A program made the translations under genes and the position numbers. Below are positions 49,733 to 58,609 of a stretch of DNA of 64,000 nucleotides, in pieces. The stretch covers positions 256,001 through 320,000 of the forward strand of contig CAWJJC010000028.1 of the NCBI GenBank assembly GCA_963843145.1. Reading direction: 5' to 3'. The first letter of the stretch is position 1. The number at the start of each line of letters is the position of its first letter. The notes beneath the pieces were generated by a model that had not been told where the DNA came from, did not search any database, and was given only the letters and a program-made list of their open reading frames with translations. Origin of the DNA: an uncultured delta proteobacterium. GTDB taxonomy: Bacteria > Desulfobacterota > RBG-13-43-22.

Positions 49733-50249
49733 CTGACGGACTTTTTGCGAACAGATCACGGCGGGGCGAGTTAAGACCGGAGAGAGAATTTCGTTTCAGC
49801 CCGGCCGATATTAAGGAAATTCGATTGAACCTGCGTAAATCTCAGGGGGAATTTTCTCTGATGATCGGGGTTAGCGTTTCCACGCTTCAGAATTGGGAGC
49901 AGGGCCGGCGGGTCCCGGAAGGCCCCGCCCGGGCACTACTTAAAATCGCCGCCGAAAAACCAGGGGCGGTTATAGAGGCCTTGAGTGGTTAATGGGGACT
50001 TTCTTCGGCTTGGCCCTATTCGTCGGAGGAAAATAGCAGGTAATAATTCACCGAATTCCTCAGCAGGGCAGTCCATCGACCTTTGACCACAACCCGGTGT
50101 CATTTCCTTTTGAAGATCTAATGGGATTCGATTCCCCGGCTTGTGACGTAGTGCAAGACGCCGGGGACGTTCGGGCGAACACTAATCAAGGCTTGCTTTT
50201 TTCTTAAGCCCTTTTAACAACCATCGGCAAGTATATTCAGAAACTACGT
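49733..50249. repeat. Copy 2 of ~520-bp direct repeat (truncated HTH 49762-49992 plus degenerate RAYT N-terminus on minus strand)
   Basis: Matches 47542-48065; minus strand reads PNVPGVLHYVTSRGIE. Confidence 0.9.
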
Positions 50250-50307
50250 CCCGCATTACGTAATTTTAGAAAAAATGAACTAAATATAATCACTGACTTT
50301 TCTTAAA

Positions 50308-50397
50308 TCAGAACTTAAAAGTCAGCCGCGCCGGCCTGTGGCCTCCCGAACAAATCGAACCTCCTTTCACGGCGTCGGCTGGCCTAACTTGTTCGCA
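50308..50397 (-). other. Integron attC-like recombination site
   Basis: Minus strand GCGAAC-AAGTT-AGGCCAGCCGACGCCG ... CGGCGCGGCTGACTTT-TAA-GTTCTGA: AAC/GTT ends and paired L arms with a bulged A, just downstream of a small ORF. Confidence 0.65.
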
Positions 50398-50415
50398 TAA
50401 TCACACATGACGCCC

Positions 50416-50625
50416 TTACTGAGAGGCTTCTTTCCGCATCAATTGGTCAAACTTCTCCCAATCTATATGGAAACCATAAGTATGGCCTTTGGGTCTCCAC
50501 TCAATTGTGCCCCTGCTAATTCTAAGGGTACCGAGGATCGCTCCGTCGGAGTAGACATCGAAATCAGTGTCTTTGTTGAGAACATTTTTGGTTGGCATAG
50601 TCATGTAAATTTCGTGTTCTGGCAT
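50416..50625 (-). CDS. Small hypothetical protein (gene-cassette-like)
   Basis: 69 aa, strong AGGAGG RBS, followed by the attC-like site. Confidence 0.7.
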   Translation of the reverse strand: MPEHEIYMTMPTKNVLNKDTDFDVYSDGAILGTLRISRGTIEWRPKGHTYGFHIDWEKFDQLMRKEASQ

Positions 50626-50952
50626 GGTTTCCTCCTATTATTGCGTTATCTGCAAATTGTTCTAAAGGTTTTGTATAATTCCTCAACTCAAAGGATTTTG
50701 GGGATGCAAACGAAAACCATCTATCTCTGGATTGACGACCCGTGGATTACTGGTAAAACTAAGCCTAAAAAGGCGGAGCCGATGTGGACCCTGCCTTAGT
50801 TCGGCCCGCAGGTTTGCTCGTCTCCCTTCCGGAAAGTATGTGTTATTGAATTTTCCCAACTCCGTCCAACCCGTCTCTAACCTATCCCCGTTCCGCCCAT
50901 CACCCCGAAAGTAAATATTGGACCTTAAAAATCAAATACCCGAGGTATATAC

Positions 50953-51630
50953 CTATTTCCGTAATATTAGAGGAAGATAGAGGAATTTTTTGAGGAGAGG
51001 TGCTGCCAAAGTTTTAAAAGCTTGATCCCCCCCGTAGGTGTTCCCGGCGCTACTGGTAGTTGCGAGACGGTAATGGTAAGTGGTATTGGGAATGAGACCA
51101 TTGATAGGAGCTGAAGCATTCACATCATTCGTTCCGCTGCCAGCCGACTGGGTGAGGGTGTTGGACCCGTAAGAAGTACTCGTTCCCCATTGGAAATAAT
51201 AGCTCGTAGAAGTTCCGTTAGGATTTATCCTCCCATTTAATGCGGCCCCTGAGGTTGTTATCCCGCTTGCCGGATTGGTCGAGACCGTAGGGACCGTCAC
51301 TGTTCCCGAAGTCGTAAACGTCACGTCAAAACCGTTAGTCGTCCCGGCCGAGTTCACTCCCACAACCCGGTAGTGATAGGTCATATTCGGGTACAACCCC
51401 GTTATTCCCTTGCTCACCGCAGTATTGGTGTTCCCCGTTACCGGACTCTGATCCGCCGTCACCGTAGTCCTATAGGACGTTGTCAGACCATATTGGAAAG
51501 TCACTGCGGTGCTCCCATAATAGGCATTCACCATTCCGTTCAAGGTCGCCCCTGAGGTTGATATCCCGCTTGCCGGATTGGTCGTGGCTATGGGAGTCTG
51601 TACTGACATCGTGAAGAACGTAATTTCTTT
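50953..51630 (-). pseudogene. 3' remnant of a secreted FnIII-like repeat protein, 5' end cut by IS200
   Basis: Two repeats TNPASGI..SGA.LNG..YHYR; ends FLYLPLILRK; frame open up to the IS boundary, no signal peptide. Confidence 0.7.
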
Positions 51631-52277
51631 AAGGTAAACCCCCGGCTAGGCCGGGGGACTCCAAAAGTTTGACAATTCCGGGAATATAAGAAAGCCTCCC
51701 GACTGTGAACCGCTCAAAGTTTACAGAGAAGGAGGCTTCCAATGGAACACACCAGAAGTTTAAGCCATACCAAGTGGGAATGCAAATATCATATAGTCTG
51801 GATACCGAAATGTCGAAAAAAGACATTGTATGGTCATCTGCGCCAATATCTAGGGGAGTTGTTCAAAGAATTGGCTACCCAAAAGGAATGCGCCATTATC
51901 GAAGGGCACCTCTTGGCGGACCATGTGCATATTTTGATCTCGATACCCCCCAAATATGCGGTCGCCCAAGTCGTGGGGTATCTCAAGGGAAAGAGTGCGA
52001 TCCACATTGCCCGAGTTTATCTGGGACGAAAAAAGAACTTTGTTGGTCAACATTTTTGGGCCAGGGGATACTATGTTTCAACCGTGGGCAAAGATGAAGT
52101 AGCTACCCGAAATTATATTAAGAATCAAGAAAAAGAAGATCATCATCTGGACCAGATCGAACTGTTTCCGGAAGAAGATAAACCGACCACAGATAAACCA
52201 TCTTCAGATGGTGAATAAATAATCCGCTTTGAGCGGTTCACAATTTCAAGCCTCCGGCTTTGCCGGAGGTACTTGAC
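51630..52277 (+). mobile_element. IS200/IS605-family element (tnpA only)
   Basis: Terminal hairpins CCCCCGGCTAGGCCGGGGG (51639) and CCTCCGGCTTTGCCGGAGG (52251); 16-bp IR TGTGAACCGCTCAAAG / CTTTGAGCGGTTCACA; ends approximate. Confidence 0.88.
51742..52218 (+). CDS. tnpA: IS200 HUH/Y1 transposase
   Basis: CKYHIVWIPK, DHVH, HFWARGYYVSTVG, YIKNQ. Confidence 0.96.
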   Translation: MEHTRSLSHTKWECKYHIVWIPKCRKKTLYGHLRQYLGELFKELATQKECAIIEGHLLADHVHILISIPPKYAVAQVVGYLKGKSAIHIARVYLGRKKNFVGQHFWARGYYVSTVGKDEVATRNYIKNQEKEDHHLDQIELFPEEDKPTTDKPSSDGE

Positions 52278-52315
52278 TACTTGTTTTTACACCCCGGATT
52301 CAGACCGGTCAATAA

Positions 52316-52362
52316 TAAAAAAGGGGCTAACCCGTTACAATGGGGTTAACCCCTTGGTTTTT
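52316..52362 (-). terminator. Intrinsic terminator after tRNA-Pro
   Basis: AAGGGGCTAACCC..GGGTTAACCCCTT stem with T-tract on the minus strand. Confidence 0.65.
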
Positions 52363-52363
52363 C

Positions 52364-52440
52364 TGGTCGGGACGACTGGATTTGAACCAGCGGCCCCCTG
52401 AACCCCATTCAGGTGCGCTACCAGTCTGCGCCACGTCCCG
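52364..52440 (-). tRNA. tRNA-Pro (GGG)
   Basis: CGGGACGTGGCGCAGACTGGTAGCGCACCTGAATGGGGTTCAGGGGGCCGCTGGTTCAAATCCAGTCGTCCCGACCA; cloverleaf with encoded CCA. Confidence 0.97.
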
Positions 52441-52533
52441 ATAACCAAAGAAGTTAACACATTTTAATTTTTTCTGTCAAGTTTTTCTGAAAATGGTCCA
52501 ATTATTAATGTGTTGCCAAGACGACGAAAGATC

Positions 52534-52634
52534 CGTCATTGCGACCCCGGACTGGATTCGGGGGAAGTAATCCCGATCTTGGCAAGTGGCTGAATATTGG
52601 GGATTGCTTCGTCGTTTCACTCCTCGCAATGACA
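52534..52634. repeat. CGTC palindrome doublet, GTCATTGCGA subfamily
   Basis: CGTCATTGCGAC..GAAGTAATCCC ... GGGATTGCTTCG..CTCGCAATGACA. Confidence 0.8.
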
Positions 52635-52722
52635 GACTTTAGGGGCTTATGGCGAGTTAATCAATGAGGGGCTCCCCAAAGGTTCTAAAGGACTGGACCG
52701 GAAATCCCGGTAGGGCCGCATC

Positions 52723-54386
52723 CTATTGTTTCAGAACAATGGGGAAAAACAAGGAGGAAACACATCCCGGCGCCCGGAAGGCCCCAATCCGGGAATTCCA
52801 TTGCGATGGACTGGTGGCGCTATAATATTCTCCGGTGTACCAGAAGGTGCAGTTGTCCACCGGATCCACGGTCATAGCGCTGTAATCTCCCCAGCGGTTG
52901 TTTCCTGTTTGCACTCCGCCTCCGGCTACCAGGATGGCCTCGCTTCCCAGGACGCCCGGCGGGTCGGATTCCCGGCGGGTGGTATAACGCAGGTCCGGGA
53001 AGATAGTCGATCCGGAAACGCTATAGCCCAGGGCGATATTTCCGGAACCGTCCAGGGCGATGCTGCCCATAAAGCGGTGGAGGGTATCCGGGGCAAAGGT
53101 CCCTTCCTGGTACAGGAACCAATCCCCGGTGGTCCGACGCAGCTCAAACCAACGGATCCCGGCCTGGCCGCCGCCGGCATCCACCGTAAAATTTCCCACC
53201 AGGGCTTCGTGGGAGGTGAAACGGCGATAAGGCAGCCGCCACATGGGCCATTCGGAGACCGCGTCCACGAGCGATCCGGGGGGCTCTTGCGGGATGCAGT
53301 CTTGAATGAAGAATCCGCAGACCGTATATTTGAAATCGGCGATCGGCAGGATCAGCGGGGCTGAAAAGGTCGAGTTCGCGGTATTGACCCAGTCGGCATG
53401 GAAAAAGCGAAGTTCCAGGCGGTTGGTGGTGACCCCGTGAGCCGGGAAGTCTTTATTTTTGAAGGTATAAAAATGGCCCGGGGCATTGGCGGGTGGGGGA
53501 GTGGTCCCATCCACGGTGGCCGGCATCAAAAAGTTCGTTTCTCCGGTAAAGCGGATGAACTGGGCCGCTTGGCCCAGGAGCATCTTTTCGCGCTCCAGAG
53601 CATAGGCGCTGTAGGTCGTTTCGTTGGCGCTCACATAGTAGGCGTCGGGCCAGACTCCCAATTTGAAATAATCCGGGCCTTCCGGAAAGGTAAATTCATA
53701 AAGATGATAGGATGTCGGACAGGGTCCGAAGTTCGGGAGACGGCCACACACAACCCGAAGGGCGCGGTTAATCTGAACTGGGCCAGGACCCAGCGGTCAG
53801 CCAGGGAGTCGAAGACCACCACCGGATCTCCTTCATTCGCGGCGGCACACAGGCCTCCAGCCACGCTCCACAAATCTTTAAAAAGGGTGGGAGCCTTGAT
53901 CTGATTTCCCTTTTTGTCGTAGATGCTGAAGTAGGTGCCATTGGTCATCTGGAGATAGTGGCGGGGGCCCACCGCGCCTATCGGGTCCGGCGGGCTCACA
54001 TGGCCCGAGCTTCCAATCCCATCTACCGAAACCTGAGGAGGCGGGGTCGGCTGCAAAAGGAGAGAGGCCTTTTGCCGGACGAGATCATCCGCCGGGGCGG
54101 GTTGCGATAAGGAGCCGGTTAAATCCGGATGGGGATTGCGGCGAGGGGGCCGATTTTCCCCGAGGAGGGCGCCGATGCGATCGGGCAAATCCCGAACCGC
54201 CGGACTCAACGCCGGTTTTGACGAGACCCCCACCCAGGGCCCGGAAATTTGGGATCGGGTGATTTGATTTCCGGGAATAGTCTGGGCCTGGGAAAAACCG
54301 GATAGCGAGGCCAGGAGCAGGACTGAAACAAAGATTACCGGAAACCCGCCGTGCGTTTGACCTGTTTTGCCTGAAAAGAACTTCAT
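52723..54386 (-). CDS. Secreted hypothetical protein, frameshifted near 53715
   Basis: Signal peptide, PPDPIGAVGPRHY, GDPVVVFD..DRW, then DYFKLGVWPDAYY, GIRWFEL, RWGDYS; ends LFFPIVLKQ. Confidence 0.72.
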
Positions 54387-54633
54387 GGATCTTCACCAAT
54401 CATCCGCGGAGCGATGTCCATGATCAAACAGCTTACTCATTGTGTTGTTCCGTACTCGTACACTTACTCGTACACGCAAATCTTCCCTGCAATGACCTGA
54501 ACATCTTATTAGAATAAAGCAAGAGGAGGAAAGAATAAAGACGAAATACTTGATCTTGACAGGAAGGGCTTTGGCTTTTATAGTGATCCGGCAAATAATG
54601 TTGGCCCCATTATGAGACTGATAATATTAAACG

Positions 54634-54744
54634 TGATGGCTTTGCAAAAAGTCGTTTAAAGATCCTTTTTCGGTAGATTCAATTAGTTGAAAAATAACTG
54701 GACCCCGGTTTTCACCGGGGTGACGACTATTTGGGAGTCCATTA
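54634..54744. mobile_element. MITE-like shell containing a half CGTC palindrome (54698-54725)
   Basis: TGATGGCTTTGCAAAAAGTCGT / ACGACTATTTGGGAGTCCATTA; CTGGACCCCGGTTTTCACCGGGGTGACG. Confidence 0.6.
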
Positions 54745-54753
54745 CAGGCAGGA

Positions 54754-55789
54754 GTGCCGGAGAGTTTGAACCAGACCATATCCGCCCAGGACAATTTAAT
54801 AAAGGGTGTTTTAAACCAAGACCTGTGCAGCGCCTGCGGGGCCTGCGTCGGACTGTGCCCTTATTTTGCTTTTTTCCGGGGGCGGGTGGTGGTCGTGGAT
54901 CGTTGCAGTCTGGCCGAGGGGCGCTGCGGCGCCTATTGTCCGCAACTGAATCCCGGGGATTGGCTGAAGCAGGAGGGGCTGGGTCCGGTTCAGGAGCAGT
55001 GGATGGCCCGGGCCCAGACCAGGTCCCTGCAACGAAAGGGGCAGTACGGGGGCACGGTTACCACCCTGATCCAATTGGCGCTGGAATTGGGCTGGATCCA
55101 GGGTGCGCTTGTTAACCGGGACCGGAAAGAGGGGCGAGCCCGAAGGGCGGATCTGCCGGACCCGGGCCGAAGTCCTGGCCTGCGCCGGGTCCAAGTATAC
55201 CGGGGCCGGTACGCTATCGGCCCTCAAGCCGGCCCTCGAGGCCAATGAGGGGAAGCTCGGCGCGGTGGGCCTGCCCTGCCAGATTACGGCCCTGAACAAT
55301 ATTCACGGCTACCTCACCCGGCAAGGGAGACCTTTTTCGGAGGCGATCTTAAAGATCGGACTTTTTTGCACCTGGTCTCTGCCTTTGAAAAAACTGCAAG
55401 AAAAACTCCGGGAGCAGGGGATTCATGATCCGGTGGTTAAATACGACATTCCCCCGCCCCCGGCGGAGGAATTCCAGGTTTTCACCCGGAAAAAGACCTA
55501 TACCCTCCCTTTGACCGAGATCCGGCCCCTGGTTCCCCGGGGCTGCCTGGCCTGTGGGGATATGACCGCCGAGGGGGCGGATATTTCCGTCGGTTCGGCC
55601 GAGGGGGTGCCGGGCTGGAATACGGTCCTGATTCGCTCGGAAAGAGGACGGCAGCTCTTTAAAGAGGCCCAATCCAAAAATCTGCTTGAAGTCAAACCGC
55701 TGCCGGAAACAAATGAAGGCCATCTGCGGACGGCGGCCGGGTTGAAGAAATCCAGGGCCCGCGCGCTGAGGGAGGAAATCCTTGCCTGA
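54754..55789 (+). CDS. FrhB/FdhB-family flavoprotein with N-terminal ferredoxin, frameshifted near 55108
   Basis: CSACGACVGLCP, CGAYCP, QYGGTVT; then GSKY, VGLPCQ, IGLFCTW, CLACGDMTAEGADISVG. Confidence 0.8.
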
Positions 55790-57674
55790 AATCCCGGATC
55801 AACTGTTGATGGGCAATGAGGCCATCGCCCGGGGGGCCCTGGAGGCCGGGATCTCCTTCGCGGCCGGTTATCCCGGCAATCCCTCCTCCGAGATCATCGA
55901 GACCTTGGCCAGGGAAGTGAAAAACCACCGGCTCTACGTGGAGTGGTCCATCAACGAGAAGGTGGCTCTGGAAGCGGCGGCGGCCGCCTCCTTTGCCGGA
56001 TTGCGGGCCCTGGCCACCATGAAGCAGAACGGGGTCAACGTGGCCTCGGACTTCATCACCAACCTGACCCTCTCCGGGACCGGGGCCGGTCTGGTGCTGG
56101 TGACCTGCGACGACCCCTCGGGACTTTCCAGCACCAACGAGCAGGACGCCCGGTTCATTGCCCGACTGGCCGATCTGCCGCTCCTGGAGCCCTCCTCCCC
56201 CCAGGAGGCCCTGGAGATGACCCGCTTCGCCTTTGACCTGTCGGAATCCATCGGCAATCTGGTGGTCCTGCGCAGTGTTTCCCGCCTTTCGCACACCCGC
56301 CGGAATTGTCGCGTAGGGGAATTGCGGCGCCGGGACCCCCGGCCGGTGGTTGATCTGAATAAATTATTTCATACCTTTCCGGTAATGGCCAGGCACCAGG
56401 CCATGCATGACAAACTCCGGCGAGCGGCGGAGCTCGGGGAGCAGTCCTCCTTCAACCGCCACGAAGGGCCGGACCGCGCCGAACTGCTGATCGTCACCTG
56501 CGGTTCCGGTTGGGATTACAGCCGGGAGGCCGTGGAACTGCTGGGCCTCGGCGACCGGGTCGGGGTGGCCAAGGTGGGAATGACCTGGCCTTTGCCGGTC
56601 GGTTGGCTGAGGCCTTATCTGGAGCAGGCGGGTAAACTCCTGTTCATCGAGGAAGTGGACCCCTTCCTGGAAGCGGGGGTTAAGGAATGGGCGGCCCAGA
56701 TCGGCCCGGAAATCGGGACCCGGACGTTTTACGGTAAGGAGAGCGGCCATATTCCCCAGTGGGGGGAACAGACCCCGGACCGGGTGATCGAGGCCTTAAC
56801 GCAAATCCTCGGCCTGGACTATCAGCCCCGGGAACCCGGCTACCAGGAGAAAATTTCCAGACTGGTCCAGGAGATGGTGCCGCCCCGGGAATTCGGTTTC
56901 TGTCCCGGCTGCCCGCATCGGGCCACCTACTGGGCCGTCAAAAACGCCCTGCAGCTTGACGGACGCGACGGATTTGTGGCCGGGGACATCGGCTGTTACA
57001 CTATGGCTATCGGACCCACGGGCTTCAACCAGATTAAATCCGTTCATGCCATGGGCTCCGGCCTGGGATTACTTTCCGGGTACGGTCAGTTGGGTACCTT
57101 TGGGTTTACCCAACCGGTGATCTCGGTGGTCGGCGATTCGACCTTTTTTCACGCGGCCATTCCGGCCCTGATCAACCTGGTCCATAACCGGGCCAGGGCG
57201 CTTGTTCTGGTTCTGGACAACCGGGCCACGGCTATGACCGGGTTCCAACCCCATCCGGGCCTGGAGACCAATGTTCTGGGTCAGGCGGTACCTTCCATCC
57301 CGGTGGAAAACCTGTGCGCCTCCCTGGGTTTGCCGGTGACCATTTTGGATCCCTATGACCTGGAGGGGACCAGCGAACATATTTTTCAAGCCTTGCAGGA
57401 AACCGAGGGGGTGCGAGTCCTGATCCTGCGCCGTGCCTGCGCCCTGGTTCAGGGCCGGGAGGGGGGGTACTCGTTTCGGATGCGGGTCAATGCCGAGCGC
57501 TGTCTGGGAGACGCTTGCGGCTGCAACCGCTACTGCTCCCGCGTTTTTCGCTGCCCGGGATTAATCTGGGATGAAAAATCGGGCCGGGCCGGGATCGATG
57601 AGGTTATTTGCGTGGGCTGCGGGGTCTGTACCCAGGTCTGCCCCCAACAGGCGATCGAAAAAGAGGAGCGGTAG
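55782..57674 (+). CDS. iorA: Indolepyruvate:ferredoxin oxidoreductase alpha subunit
   Basis: LMGNEAIARGA, NEKVALE, MKQNG, FCPGCPHR, GDIGCY, GDSTFFH, C-terminal ferredoxin. Confidence 0.93.
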   Translation: MPEIPDQLLMGNEAIARGALEAGISFAAGYPGNPSSEIIETLAREVKNHRLYVEWSINEKVALEAAAAASFAGLRALATMKQNGVNVASDFITNLTLSGTGAGLVLVTCDDPSGLSSTNEQDARFIARLADLPLLEPSSPQEALEMTRFAFDLSESIGNLVVLRSVSRLSHTRRNCRVGELRRRDPRPVVDLNKLFHTFPVMARHQAMHDKLRRAAELGEQSSFNRHEGPDRAELLIVTCGSGWDYSREAVELLGLGDRVGVAKVGMTWPLPVGWLRPYLEQAGKLLFIEEVDPFLEAGVKEWAAQIGPEIGTRTFYGKESGHIPQWGEQTPDRVIEALTQILGLDYQPREPGYQEKISRLVQEMVPPREFGFCPGCPHRATYWAVKNALQLDGRDGFVAGDIGCYTMAIGPTGFNQIKSVHAMGSGLGLLSGYGQLGTFGFTQPVISVVGDSTFFHAAIPALINLVHNRARALVLVLDNRATAMTGFQPHPGLETNVLGQAVPSIPVENLCASLGLPVTILDPYDLEGTSEHIFQALQETEGVRVLILRRACALVQGREGGYSFRMRVNAERCLGDACGCNRYCSRVFRCPGLIWDEKSGRAGIDEVICVGCGVCTQVCPQQAIEKEER

Positions 57675-57708
57675 GTTTGACAGACTTTTTGCGAGGTCAT
57701 CAAGTTTC

Positions 57709-58329
57709 ATGATCCCGGATCTGTTCAAAGAACCGATCAATCTGATTATCACCGGAGTCGGGGGGCAGGGTAATGTGCTGGCCTCCCAGGTGCTGGGCCG
57801 GATGCTGATCCGTAAAGGGCTGCTGGTAACCATCGGGGAGACCTATGGGCTCTCCCAGCGGGGTGGGGCGGTTATGAGCCAGGTCCGAATTTCGGGTCGC
57901 AAGACCTACGGACCCATGATTCCCCAGGGTCAGGCCGATCTGGTCGCCGGTCTGGAACCCCTGGAGGTGCTCCGTACCTTGGGGCCTTACGGGCGTCCGG
58001 ATATCCAGGTTTTGACCAACGACCGCCCGATTTATCCGATCAACGTGCTCAGCGGGAGCTCGGTCTATCCGGGGACGGATAAAATCCATCAGACCCTGGA
58101 GGATCTGGCCCGAAAGGTCTGGTGGCTGCCGATTACCCGGGAGGCCCTGCAATTGGGCAACGCCATCTTGGCCAATATGGTCATGGTCGGCGCCCTGATC
58201 GGGACCGGTCTCTTGCCGCTGACGGCGGAAGACTTCACCCCTCTGGCCCAAAGTCTCTGGGATACCCAGCGCGCGGATTTGAATATCCGGGCCATAGAAA
58301 AAGGGGTTCAACTGGTTCGGAGCGTATGA
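57709..58329 (+). CDS. iorB: Indolepyruvate:ferredoxin oxidoreductase beta subunit
   Basis: ITGVGGQGNVLAS, ETYGLSQRGGAVMSQVR, NMVMVGA. Confidence 0.92.
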   Translation: MIPDLFKEPINLIITGVGGQGNVLASQVLGRMLIRKGLLVTIGETYGLSQRGGAVMSQVRISGRKTYGPMIPQGQADLVAGLEPLEVLRTLGPYGRPDIQVLTNDRPIYPINVLSGSSVYPGTDKIHQTLEDLARKVWWLPITREALQLGNAILANMVMVGALIGTGLLPLTAEDFTPLAQSLWDTQRADLNIRAIEKGVQLVRSV

Positions 58330-58568
58330 GCGAAAACACCTCCAGGGCGGGTTACGTGATCATCTACGGCCGGGACGGCTGACCGTTCACCCGAAAGGCC
58401 CTGGAGGCCTACCGACAAAAAGAAAGGGCCGTAGAATTTCATAATCCAGCGCTGGAAAAAGAGTTCCTGGAGGAATTCCTCCGGGTCTCGCCGGACCGAA
58501 AAATTCCGGTGATCGTGGAGGGGGATCAGGTGCGCATCGGTTTTGACGGCGCCTGAAAGCTGCGCTGA
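58326..58568 (+). CDS. Glutaredoxin-like selenoprotein (UXX-star-like) with UGA at 58380 and probably 58554
   Basis: MSENTSRAGYVIIYGRDG-U-PFTRKALE..KIPVIVEGDQVRIGFDGA-U-KLR*; ATGA overlap with iorB; hairpin 13-14 nt after each UGA. Confidence 0.8.
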
Positions 58569-58609
58569 TCCGGCCGGTTCGGGCCGCGACTGATTTTGAA
58601 TGAAGGCCA

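Noticed and set aside
51630-52277. TnpB/omegaRNA system in the IS200/IS605 element
   Set aside because: The right-end hairpin follows tnpA within ~35 nt, leaving no room for tnpB
47364-52363. Integrase-driven genomic island at tRNA-Pro
   Set aside because: No integrase and no duplicated tRNA 3' end found by eye; treated only as a variable hotspot
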